64,000 nucleotides of DNA, taken from positions 288,001 to 352,000 of the forward strand of contig BK006941.2 in assembly GCA_000146045.2 (NCBI GenBank), given 5' to 3'. This document shows positions 23,527 through 33,781 of this stretch, piece after piece. Both the position numbers and the translations under genes were made by a program. A model generated the notes under the pieces. That model ran no database searches and was not told where the DNA came from. It was given only the letters and a program-made list of their open reading frames with translations. This DNA comes from TPA_inf: Saccharomyces. Its lineage: Eukaryota. Within the stretch, counting starts at the first letter, position 1. Each line of letters begins with the position of its first letter.

Positions 23527-23927
23527 CCGGTAAAGGTCGTATCGGTAAGCACAGAAAGCACCCCGGTGGTAGAGGTATGGCCGGTGGTCAACATCACCAC
23601 AGAATTAACATGGATAAATACCATCCAGGTTATTTCGGTAAGGTTGGTATGAGATACTTCCACAAGCAACAAGCTCATTTCTGGAAGCCAGTCTTGAACT
23701 TGGACAAATTGTGGACATTGATCCCAGAAGACAAGAGAGACCAATACTTGAAATCTGCTTCTAAGGAAACTGCTCCAGTTATTGACACTTTGGCAGCCGG
23801 TTACGGTAAGATCTTGGGTAAGGGTAGAATTCCAAATGTTCCAGTTATCGTCAAAGCTAGATTCGTCTCCAAGTTGGCTGAAGAAAAAATCAGAGCTGCT
23901 GGTGGTGTTGTTGAATTGATCGCTTAA
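23527..23927 (+). CDS. RPL28: Ribosomal protein L28 (uL15), exon 2; intron 23016..23526 (511 nt, branchpoint TACTAAC at 23478..23484)
   Basis: 3' splice site ...ttttttttgtacAG at 23526. The joined exons encode 149 aa, [42 protein letters not shown]...VVELIA. The track only sees the exon-2 ORF 23577..23927. Confidence 0.9.
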
Positions 23928-24192
23928 GCGCATCAACAAAAACTCTATGTATTTTCCAATAAATTATATATCTTCAGTTTAATCTAATTCAACATCTACT
24001 TCTGTATTATTTCTATCACCCATTTTCACCGTTTTTTCGTCTTGTCTATTTTGAAGTTACCAGTGGCAGATCCCAACGCTTTTATCGCTTTTTTAAAAGA
24101 TTTTCAAAATCCATATATAAACATAGGGTCCAAAAAGAAAACAAATAACAAAACAAGAAAACCTATTCGAGGTAAAGACCAGGAAAAACAAA

Positions 24193-24840
24193 ATGACTGC
24201 AGTTAACATCTGGAAGCCAGAAGATAATATACCTAGGGAGATTTTGGCAATTCTTTCGAAACCTCACCCAAATTATCAGTTAGCGTTTTTGAATATTATA
24301 CAACTTTTGAAAACGCAAAGAAGAACTGGTTGGGTTGACCATGGTATTGACCCATGCGAAAGTATATCTGACCATATGTACAGAATGGGTTTAACTACCA
24401 TGCTGATTACGGACAAGAATGTTGATCGTAACAAATGTATCAGAATCGCACTTGTTCACGATTTTGCGGAGTCATTAGTTGGTGATATTACACCTAATGA
24501 CCCAATGACAAAGGAAGAGAAACATCGCAGAGAATTTGAAACTGTCAAGTATCTCTGTGAAAGCATAATAAGGCCCTGCAGTGAAAGCGCATCTAGGGAA
24601 ATTCTTGATGACTGGTTAGCATACGAAAAGCAGACCTGTTTGGAAGGAAGATATGTCAAAGATATTGATAAGTATGAAATGTTGGTTCAATGTTTTGAGT
24701 ACGAACAAAAGTATAATGGCAAGAAGGATTTGAAACAATTTTTGGGAGCCATCAATGATATAAAAACTGATGAAGTTAAAAAATGGACACAATCTTTACT
24801 GGAAGATCGACAAGCCTTTTTCGACAGTTTGAAGGAGTAA
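24193..24840 (+). CDS. YGL101W: HD-domain phosphohydrolase (5'-deoxynucleotidase family), 215 aa
   Basis: HD motif (H...HD...D: 'ISDHMYRM', 'ALVHDFAE'); 215 aa. Confidence 0.85.
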   Translation: MTAVNIWKPEDNIPREILAILSKPHPNYQLAFLNIIQLLKTQRRTGWVDHGIDPCESISDHMYRMGLTTMLITDKNVDRNKCIRIALVHDFAESLVGDITPNDPMTKEEKHRREFETVKYLCESIIRPCSESASREILDDWLAYEKQTCLEGRYVKDIDKYEMLVQCFEYEQKYNGKKDLKQFLGAINDIKTDEVKKWTQSLLEDRQAFFDSLKE

Positions 24841-25233
24841 TAATGTGGCCTTTTGAAAGAAAAGTTAGTGCTTTTTTTTCTTTTCTCAAACCTTCACCTG
24901 GTGGTGCGTATCATTTATAATAACATCTTGATGCTTTTCAACGAGATAGTGCCCATTTTATTTTGCATGTATTATACTTCCAGCACCCGGTGTGCATTAT
25001 ATGTAACTTTAGAAATAATCTTTTGTATATTATTCGCGATTGAATGTGCGTGCTGCATTATCAACCAAGTTTTAATATATCTGTTTCTCTTATTTATTGT
25101 TAGTTAAGTCTTCGGCAAAACGATGGAAAAAATCATGAACTGAATAGAGACAAGTAAACCAAATTATAAACAAGGTTTCCCTTCTGAAGAGATACTAAGG
25201 AAGAAGAAGAACGACCCAATAATATTTCTGAAT

Positions 25234-26283
25234 ATGCAACCATTTGATAGTGGGCATGATGATTTAGTTCATGATGTCGTTTATGACTTTTACGGAAGAC
25301 ATGTGGCAACATGCTCTTCTGATCAACATATTAAAGTTTTTAAATTAGACAAGGACACGAGTAATTGGGAACTCAGTGACTCATGGAGAGCTCACGACAG
25401 TAGTATCGTGGCCATTGATTGGGCCAGTCCAGAATATGGGCGCATCATTGCTTCAGCCTCTTACGATAAGACGGTAAAATTATGGGAAGAAGATCCCGAC
25501 CAAGAAGAATGCTCTGGCCGTCGTTGGAACAAGCTGTGTACCCTGAATGATTCCAAAGGATCACTTTATAGTGTAAAATTTGCGCCAGCGCATTTGGGCT
25601 TAAAATTAGCTTGTTTGGGTAACGATGGAATCCTCAGACTTTATGATGCCTTAGAACCTTCTGACCTAAGGTCATGGACACTGACTTCTGAGATGAAAGT
25701 GCTATCTATACCACCAGCAAATCATTTACAGTCTGATTTTTGTCTCTCTTGGTGTCCTTCGAGATTTTCTCCTGAAAAGCTCGCAGTCTCTGCATTGGAA
25801 CAAGCGATTATATACCAAAGGGGTAAAGACGGTAAACTTCACGTTGCAGCAAAACTTCCCGGTCATAAAAGTTTAATAAGAAGTATCAGCTGGGCTCCTT
25901 CCATTGGTAGATGGTATCAACTCATTGCAACAGGTTGCAAAGATGGTAGAATTAGAATTTTCAAAATCACAGAAAAACTAAGTCCCCTGGCCTCAGAGGA
26001 GTCTTTAACTAACTCAAATATGTTTGATAATAGTGCTGATGTTGACATGGATGCACAGGGCAGATCAGACTCAAATACCGAAGAGAAAGCTGAGCTACAA
26101 TCAAACTTGCAAGTTGAACTTCTAAGCGAGCATGATGACCATAATGGCGAAGTTTGGTCCGTGTCTTGGAATTTAACGGGTACAATCTTAAGCAGTGCTG
26201 GGGATGATGGGAAGGTACGTTTATGGAAAGCCACTTATTCAAATGAATTTAAGTGTATGTCAGTAATTACTGCCCAACAATAA
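25234..26283 (+). CDS. SEH1: WD40 protein Seh1 (Nup84 subcomplex / SEA complex), 349 aa
   Basis: 349-aa WD40 ORF; Sec13-like N-terminal blades. Confidence 0.92.
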   Translation: MQPFDSGHDDLVHDVVYDFYGRHVATCSSDQHIKVFKLDKDTSNWELSDSWRAHDSSIVAIDWASPEYGRIIASASYDKTVKLWEEDPDQEECSGRRWNKLCTLNDSKGSLYSVKFAPAHLGLKLACLGNDGILRLYDALEPSDLRSWTLTSEMKVLSIPPANHLQSDFCLSWCPSRFSPEKLAVSALEQAIIYQRGKDGKLHVAAKLPGHKSLIRSISWAPSIGRWYQLIATGCKDGRIRIFKITEKLSPLASEESLTNSNMFDNSADVDMDAQGRSDSNTEEKAELQSNLQVELLSEHDDHNGEVWSVSWNLTGTILSSAGDDGKVRLWKATYSNEFKCMSVITAQQ

Positions 26284-26630
26284 ATAAGAATATATGTATA
26301 CATAACATTATATATTGGTACTTTATACGTGTGCATTATTCTGTATAATACGAGGCAACAGATGAATCAAGAAAGATGATGCTTTTAAAAAGCTCTTACA
26401 AATATAATGATATTACATCAAATGATATTATTATTCTTGATATTGGGTATTCTTTCGAATTATATCAAGCTTCCCTTCCCTCGCCTTTTCGCCTGGAAAT
26501 TTTTCAATGCCGAGATTAAAAAATTTGTCAATGAAAATGCATTCTACTACTTAATAAAGAGGTGATGAGCTTATAAGCCAACTTCTTTTAAACACAAAAC
26601 TAAATCTGATATTGAGGACCCCCACCAACT

Positions 26631-28553
26631 ATGCCACCAAAAGAAGCTCCCAAGAAATGGAAGGCGCCAAAAGGGCCAAAACCTACCCACCGTAAAAATA
26701 AAAATAAGCTTGAATTAGGCAGAGCTATTAAATATGCACGTCAAAAAGAAAATGCCATCGAGTATTTACCTGATGGTGAAATGAGGTTCACTACCGATAA
26801 GCATGAGGCCAACTGGGTTAAATTAAGATCTGTAACTCAAGAATCAGCTTTAGATGAATTCTTGAGTACAGCTGCACTGGCAGACAAAGATTTCACGGCC
26901 GATAGACATTCAAATGTTAAAATTATTAGAATGGATAGCGGTAATGATTCTGCGACATCTCAAGGGTTTTCTATGACTAATGAGCAGCGTGGAAATCTTA
27001 ATGCGAAGCAAAGAGCGCTTGCTAAGGATTTGATTGTTCCAAGGAGGCCTGAATGGAACGAGGGCATGTCCAAGTTTCAGCTTGATAGGCAAGAAAAGGA
27101 AGCGTTTTTAGAATGGAGAAGAAAATTGGCACATTTACAAGAAAGCAATGAAGACTTGTTGTTAACACCGTTTGAAAGAAATATCGAAGTTTGGAAACAG
27201 TTATGGAGAGTTGTTGAAAGATCAGATTTAGTTGTTCAAATTGTAGATGCGAGGAATCCGTTGCTGTTTAGATCTGTCGATTTAGAAAGATATGTAAAAG
27301 AGTCAGATGACAGAAAAGCAAACTTACTGCTAGTTAATAAAGCAGATTTATTGACCAAAAAGCAACGTATCGCTTGGGCAAAGTACTTTATCTCCAAGAA
27401 TATTTCGTTCACGTTTTACTCTGCATTGAGAGCTAATCAATTATTGGAGAAACAAAAGGAAATGGGGGAAGATTATAGAGAACAAGATTTCGAGGAAGCT
27501 GATAAAGAAGGGTTCGATGCTGATGAAAAAGTTATGGAAAAAGTTAAAATTCTGTCCATTGACCAACTGGAAGAATTGTTTTTATCAAAAGCTCCAAACG
27601 AGCCTTTATTGCCACCTCTGCCCGGTCAACCTCCACTGATTAATATTGGTTTGGTTGGTTATCCAAATGTAGGTAAATCCTCCACTATTAATTCGCTCGT
27701 GGGTGCCAAGAAAGTTTCTGTTTCATCCACGCCTGGTAAAACAAAACACTTCCAAACTATTAAGTTATCTGATTCTGTCATGCTTTGTGACTGTCCCGGT
27801 CTTGTCTTCCCAAACTTTGCATATAACAAGGGTGAGCTCGTGTGTAATGGTGTTTTACCTATTGATCAATTACGTGATTATATTGGTCCAGCAGGTTTAG
27901 TAGCAGAAAGAATACCAAAGTATTACATTGAAGCGATTTATGGTATCCATATTCAAACCAAATCAAGGGATGAAGGTGGGAATGGGGATATACCAACTGC
28001 TCAAGAATTGTTAGTCGCATACGCCAGAGCTCGTGGTTATATGACTCAAGGTTACGGTTCTGCTGATGAACCAAGAGCAAGTCGTTATATATTGAAAGAT
28101 TACGTCAATGGGAAATTACTGTATGTCAACCCTCCGCCCCATCTAGAGGATGATACACCTTACACTAGAGAAGAGTGTGAAGAATTTAACAAAGATTTAT
28201 ATGTGTTCGACAGATTACCGGACACCAGAAAGGAGCAAGTGCAAAATGCTGCTAAGGCTAAAGGCATTGATATCGTGGATTTAGCTCGTGATTTGAATCA
28301 GCTAACGTTTTCAGCTCACACTGGTGGTGACACACAAAAAGAAGCCAAATCTGTTACGCACGGTGGTAAACAAGCTGCATTGTACAATGCCGCTGAGGAC
28401 TTGGATAGAGACTTCTTCAAGATGAACAACGTCGAAGGTAGATTAAGTACACCATTCCACAAAGTTCAAAATAGTTCAGCTGGTAAGAGACATAACAAAA
28501 AAAACAAAAGTAAAAATGCGAAAAGCAAAGTTTTTAGCATTGAAAATAATTAG
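26631..28553 (+). CDS. LSG1: Cytoplasmic circularly-permuted GTPase Lsg1 (60S maturation/Nmd3 release), 640 aa
   Basis: G4-G1-G3 permuted order (NKADLL ... GYPNVGKSS ... DCPG); 640 aa. Confidence 0.92.
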   Translation: MPPKEAPKKWKAPKGPKPTHRKNKNKLELGRAIKYARQKENAIEYLPDGEMRFTTDKHEANWVKLRSVTQESALDEFLSTAALADKDFTADRHSNVKIIRMDSGNDSATSQGFSMTNEQRGNLNAKQRALAKDLIVPRRPEWNEGMSKFQLDRQEKEAFLEWRRKLAHLQESNEDLLLTPFERNIEVWKQLWRVVERSDLVVQIVDARNPLLFRSVDLERYVKESDDRKANLLLVNKADLLTKKQRIAWAKYFISKNISFTFYSALRANQLLEKQKEMGEDYREQDFEEADKEGFDADEKVMEKVKILSIDQLEELFLSKAPNEPLLPPLPGQPPLINIGLVGYPNVGKSSTINSLVGAKKVSVSSTPGKTKHFQTIKLSDSVMLCDCPGLVFPNFAYNKGELVCNGVLPIDQLRDYIGPAGLVAERIPKYYIEAIYGIHIQTKSRDEGGNGDIPTAQELLVAYARARGYMTQGYGSADEPRASRYILKDYVNGKLLYVNPPPHLEDDTPYTREECEEFNKDLYVFDRLPDTRKEQVQNAAKAKGIDIVDLARDLNQLTFSAHTGGDTQKEAKSVTHGGKQAALYNAAEDLDRDFFKMNNVEGRLSTPFHKVQNSSAGKRHNKKNKSKNAKSKVFSIENN

Positions 28554-29341
28554 CGGTAACTAACATATATCTTCTCAAAAAAACTGTGTACTATTATCTT
28601 TTCATCTCGCCAATTAATGACAGCGTTATTTGAGAATAGACCTAAGATAATAAAACTATGTTCGTTACCCGGACAAATTTTCTTGGAAGAATTTTTGAGT
28701 CCTAGAGATATTATAAAACGGCCCTCTATTAATTTGCTCTTTCTTTCCTCAGTTTAATTCTTCTTTCGAATAAAAAATAAAAATATCATGGCTCTTCAAC
28801 ACATTTCAACATGTTCAAGTAATTTGTGTTAGTGGATGACCATTTAGGGGCTGCTGGCCTGGTTACCGGGAGTTTTTCTTGGATCCAAGCTAGCTTTTCC
28901 GTCTGATTATCCTTAAGCTTCACAAATTACAATTTTTCCCACGCATTAAGAAATAAGCTCAAGATGCCTAAAATAAGTTCTATCCCGCCTTTTTTCGCTA
29001 ACAATGACTGAGTATTCCCACAGTCTATAGTTTGATAGTAGATGGGCGGAAATTTTTCTCATATATTTACTTTTTATAGGAGAGTATATTTACGTACGTA
29101 TAGTGATTGCATGTAGTTGCTCCCTATATCTTGTCATATGAGCGTGATACTGACCGATACCTGTTACAGATGTCGGTCTGGATTTGTTCGTTTTTCTTCC
29201 CTAAAGTAGGTCAGTATATATAAAATATGGCCGGAGGAAAGCTTCACCACTTTATCACCACTAAATTTATAAAGTAGAATACAATTTCAACATACACAGA
29301 GAATAAAAAAAGGTTGACAGGACACATAATAGCAAGGCAAG

Positions 29342-30079
29342 ATGGCTGAAACTTCCAACGACCCCTTTCTGTCCTACGTTTTGAGTAGCAAACAATTAAC
29401 TAATTTGAATCGTCTACGAAGGAAAGCAGTTACAAAACAACTGGGATCAAGTGACGACAATAAGGTCTCAGAGGAGTTTTTGAGGTATCAACATACTTAT
29501 CAAAGAGAAGCATTTGAATATCTGCAAACAAAACATGACGCCCACAAAATAATGGAGTCACAGTACGAACAGTACCAAAGCAGTTCAAAAACAAGAAGAT
29601 ATAGTATCGATTTAGATTCTGTAGATGCAGTTGACACGGAATCGCAAACAGAATACCCAAATGAGGAGTTTATTGATAGAAACGAAGATAGCGAAGCTGT
29701 TATGGAGTTGAGAAAGAGATTGTTGGGGAAGGGACAGAATAAGGGTTTAGGATATGAAACTACGAAATCAGTCGATAGGCAAATTGAGGACCAGGACACG
29801 TTGCAACAGGATTTGATTCAGGATATGAGCAAACTTGTGGGCAGTTTGAAGCAAGGAGCTGTGGCATTTCAATCAGCACTTGATGAAGATAAGCAAGTTC
29901 TTGGAGCTGCAGAGATAGGTATTCAAGTTGCTTCTCAAGGTTTAATGGATGTTAGCGGTAAATTAAGGAAATATGACAAGAGTAAATTGAGTTACTTGTT
30001 TTATATTACTGTTTTCATTTTTATGATTCTCGGACTGGTGTTTACATTTATCATAATTCAATTATTCCCGGCCCTATAA
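29342..30079 (+). CDS. USE1: ER SNARE Use1 (tail-anchored), 245 aa
   Basis: 245 aa; SNARE-like heptads followed by a single C-terminal TM segment (FYITVFIFMILGLVFTFIIIQLF). Confidence 0.9.
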   Translation: MAETSNDPFLSYVLSSKQLTNLNRLRRKAVTKQLGSSDDNKVSEEFLRYQHTYQREAFEYLQTKHDAHKIMESQYEQYQSSSKTRRYSIDLDSVDAVDTESQTEYPNEEFIDRNEDSEAVMELRKRLLGKGQNKGLGYETTKSVDRQIEDQDTLQQDLIQDMSKLVGSLKQGAVAFQSALDEDKQVLGAAEIGIQVASQGLMDVSGKLRKYDKSKLSYLFYITVFIFMILGLVFTFIIIQLFPAL

Positions 30080-30699
30080 TGTAATTATAACGATGGAATG
30101 ATGTTTTTTGGAAGAAAAATTCAACTGTTTATTAATATTTACGGCATTTTTTCATGTAGTTGAGATTATTCCTATTGAAAAAAGCAAATTGTGAGAAAAA
30201 AGTATACAATAAAATTTGTATAGGCTGCAGAATTCTCCTTTCCGTATAGTTGCCTACTTCCCGTCTCAAACTGAATCCTGCTATCTGATTGCTTTCTGTG
30301 TTGGTGCGGTGAATCTTTTTATACATATAATATTTGAAAAAGAATAAACATTTGAGAAAACAAAAGTAGCTAAACAAAACGACAAAATCATAACATTTCC
30401 TGATCTGACTGAAAGCTAATAGAACAGCAGTGTTCGATGAGGGTAAAATAAGGAGGGGTCTTCGGTTACGTTATACTAGTAAGTTGATTTTGATTTTAAG
30501 TCATATTATTGAACGCATTATGATGATACTCATAATGGACTAAATTTTTCTCATGTATAAGGTCCATAGTAGCCAAGTGCATTCCATTACAATGTTATTG
30601 ATATTATCTGTGCTCTCAAATTCGGCTGAAGAAAACTACTACAAACACAACACATCAAATAATGTAACACAGCCTTGCTTATTGCCGGTGTAAGGGTCG

Positions 30700-30860
30700 A
30701 CTATCTTCGATCTACTCATATTCATATTATCAATTTATTATCATATATGGTATAAGAAAATGACATGAACATTGAGAAACAACCAATAGATTAATTGGAA
30801 GCTGAAATGCAAGGATTAATAACTTGATAAATGGAAGTTAAAAGATAGTATTAATGATGA
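30700..30860 (+). mobile_element. Ty1/Ty2 delta LTR fragment (5' portion)
   Basis: Similarity to the delta consensus: '...tattatcatatatggtataagaaaatgacat...attggaagctgaaatgcaaggattaataa...'. Confidence 0.55.
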
Positions 30861-31019
30861 CTAAATATGGATTCTGTTATCCTTGTATAAGAGAAGTATA
30901 AAACAAACACCAATTGGTTTATTATTCTCTTTTCTTCAATTATAATCAGTACAATAATGGCTCCAGCAGCTGTCACATATTTTAATGATGATTTGCGCAT
31001 ATATAACAGAGATAGGTTT

Positions 31020-31341
31020 AAATAATTTAATAATTGTTGGGATTTCACAACTATTGAAGGCTATAATATTATGTATAAAGAATATACCAGGAAGTCAACT
31101 CCCAGACCTTGAAATCCTCAAAATGAAGACGATAGTTTTACATAATAATATTACTTTTTCTTCTTTCCTTCTATATTTCTCCTTCACATTCATATTACGC
31201 TGACAATCTTTGCATTTCAGCTTCCACCAAGCCTGATCACCGTTTACCAATATTTGTGTCATTTTCTTATACCTCAGGTAATAATAAACTAGCAACCTGA
31301 ATAATATCAAATAGACGATATGTTAAAGTTTCATTCTAACA
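31020..31341 (-). mobile_element. Solo Ty1/Ty2 delta LTR in inverted orientation
   Basis: The rc reads 'tgttagaatg...ggtataagaaaatgacac...ggaagctgaaatgcaaag...aatattattatgtaaaac...ttttgaggatttc...tcccaacaattatt', delta-like over roughly 320 bp. The terminal TGTTAGAA is at 31334..31341 on the rc. Confidence 0.6.
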
Positions 31342-31422
31342 ATTACCACCCATTCCAAAATATCTATTGTTAGAGAGGCGTTAATAGAACAACACAACAC
31401 AAAAATACTGAAGGTCAAAGTT

Positions 31423-31762
31423 TGTTGTATTACGGGCTCGAGTAATACCGGAGTGTCTTGACAATCCTAATATAAACGGTCTTAGGGAAGTAACCAGTTG
31501 TCAAAACAGTTTATCAGATTAATTCACGGAATGTTACTTATCTTATATATTATATAAAATATGAATCATATTAAGTGGTGGAAGCGCGGAATCTCGGATC
31601 TAAACTAATTGTTCAGGCATTTATACTTTTGGTAGTTCAGCTAGGGAAGGACGGGTTTTATCTCATGTTGTTCGTTTTGTTATAAGGTTGTTTCATATGT
31701 GTTTTATGAACGTTTAGGATGACGTATTGTCATACTGACATATCTCATTTTGAGATACAACA
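31423..31762 (-). mobile_element. Solo Ty3 sigma LTR (340 bp) ending 18 bp upstream of tRNA-His
   Basis: TGTTGTAT...ATACAACA terminal inverted repeats; the internal sequence matches sigma (e.g. '...cgtattgtcatactgacatatctcattttgagatacaaca'); it sits at the canonical Ty3 integration distance from a Pol III gene. Confidence 0.85.
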
Positions 31763-31780
31763 AAGTTCATAAAGAAATTA

Positions 31781-31852
31781 GCCATCTTAGTATAGTGGTT
31801 AGTACACATCGTTGTGGCCGATGAAACCCTGGTTCGATTCTAGGAGATGGCA
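31781..31852 (+). tRNA. tH(GUG): tRNA-His (anticodon GTG), 72 nt
   Basis: GCCATCTTAGTATAGTGGTTAGTACACATCGTTGTGGCCGATGAAACCCTGGTTCGATTCTAGGAGATGGCA; GUG anticodon in the loop; A/B boxes (TAGTGGTTAG / GGTTCGATTC); T6 terminator at 31853..31858. Confidence 0.93.
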
Positions 31853-32354
31853 TTTTTTCCGAAATTTCGCCTTCTCGCACAACTTTCCAAACCCGACCAA
31901 GAGAAGGAAGAAATCATTTTTTTTGTTGCGAGTTGTCATAGAACGAGGTCGAGAAACAGAAGAGGAATTGAAAATGAATTGTAAAAGCGTTCGTTCTATG
32001 CCTCTAATAAGAGAGTACGTCTTGCTTGATGTGAACCCAAATGCCCACAAAACAGTACGATTTGCAGTTATGTAAATTTGTGGTTTGTCTCCTGGCAAAA
32101 AGAATGCATTCGTACTGCACATAATTGAAATAAGGATGTAGTTCAACTTCTATGAATGCTCGGCGATACGATATGTAGAGGGGACAAAAATATGTAGGTA
32201 TCCTATGGTAAATAAATCGGTCTGTTTTAAAACCTGTTTTAGTGCAGCTTCTTTCCACGAAAGAAATAGTGTAAGTTAGAGGTACTTCTCTTTTACCTAA
32301 AGGAGGTGTAGTTATGATAAAAAGCGAAGCTAACTAAGACAGCTAAGCTCTTTA

Positions 32355-32764
32355 TGTTGATAGTTAAAAGTTAACAGGTTGTATTAATGAAGAATGAATA
32401 TGGATCTTTTTGTACTTATATAACAGAGGTATAAACCACATGCCGATTGTTTCATTATTATATATGGCTAATATAATGGTGATTCCGGCAGCTTCATACA
32501 TTTAATGTGACGACTCATATTGCTCTTATATGTGACTTTCAGATCTCATTCAATTAATAGACTCTTAACTCAAATTCAGTACTTTCTGACATGCTCATTT
32601 ACATTTCCTTTTGTAATAGTGCTTCCATACTTCATCGTATAGGATTTAAACATTTAGATCGTTACCATAGTAACTCATGTTACTATTAAATACCGCTCGT
32701 TTCAACACATTATATAATACTTTGGCATTGATACGCCACATAATATTCTAATTTCTCTTCAACA
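32355..32764. mobile_element. Putative degenerate solo LTR (TGTTG...CAACA termini; possibly Ty4 tau-like) downstream of tRNA-His
   Basis: Starts 'tgttgatag' at 32355; 'caaca' at 32703..32707 and again at 32760..32764; AT-rich and non-coding; family not recognised with confidence. Confidence 0.3.
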
Positions 32765-33781
32765 CATAAGACAAACAGGGCAAATCAAGCAACAGGAAGG
32801 TATTTGCTTCTTAATGGCAAAACAGGTTCAGTTCCACTAAATAAAAAGGGGAAATTTACGTGTCATTTATTATGGGTTCAGAAATTATGTGTTAAGTAAA
32901 ACACCTATAGCACTGGGGCAAATTCCGGCATCAATTTCAACGCCACCAAAATTGTGTGCGATAATAATTGTGACCCCATCATGGAAATGAGCCTTCAGCC
33001 AGAGACGGAAAAACTCTTGAAAGGAATACTGATGGATTTATAGGTTCGGAAAATAATAATAATAAAAAGCCGTGTTGGACATTATCCCTCCCGTTGCTCG
33101 CGGTAAATTCTTAAGGCCATATTTCAGGTAGGAACCATCGTCAACAATTGCTACAACGTTTTGTAGTCCCCAAGATTGAAATACAATAGCAGTTGAAAGA
33201 GAACTACCTAAGATAATTCAATGAGGCAATTACTGATTATTCCTGACAGAGTGTAAAATATTTGCAAGTAAGAGAATCGGAACAGAAAATTTAGATATTA
33301 TGAGAGTCTTCCCTCGGCAGTAACGATATAAAGCCAATCTGTATTCCAGTGTCCTGCCATTCTGGTTCTTTAAAAACTCACTTCCAAGATAGTATAATCC
33401 GAGACTCTAAAGAAAAGGACACTTGCTTTTAATGGACAGAGGAACACCGCATACTCTAAAGTAGAGAGCACCGATATCAAGAGTTACATATATATATATA
33501 TATATATTGTTTGCTTCCGACAGAGATAGCTATCTAGCAATTCCCTTCTTTTTCAATCGTTGGGCGGCTAAAAGTAGCAGGGTTTCGCGAGGACCTCTCG
33601 AAGGACAAACAATATTCATTACCCGCACAAATAAAATTTCAAAAAAACAAAAAAGCACGGGAGAGGCAAGGCAGGATGAATAAAATCACCGATCTCGAGA
33701 ATATTAAAAGTCATCAAGACATCCTCTTTAAGTCAAATCCTGGATCCAGAAACTTAAAAAGTTGTCATATAAAAGTTTAAA

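Noticed and set aside
23505-23939. 144-aa minus-strand ORF overlapping RPL28 exon 2 (position of dubious YGL102C), and the similar dubious ORFs YGL109W (15489..15836) and YGL088W (57836..58201)
   Set aside because: They overlap a highly expressed ribosomal protein gene, the CUE3/YGL108C ends, or the snR10 snoRNA. They have no domain content and are known-dubious loci.
30132-32258. Small ORFs within the LTR/tRNA region (30132..30377, 30851..31048, 31095..31310, 31799..32146, 32004..32258) and near tRNA-Glu (39927..40207)
   Set aside because: They are embedded in delta/sigma LTR sequence, or overlap the tRNA-His gene itself. They are artefacts of LTR composition.
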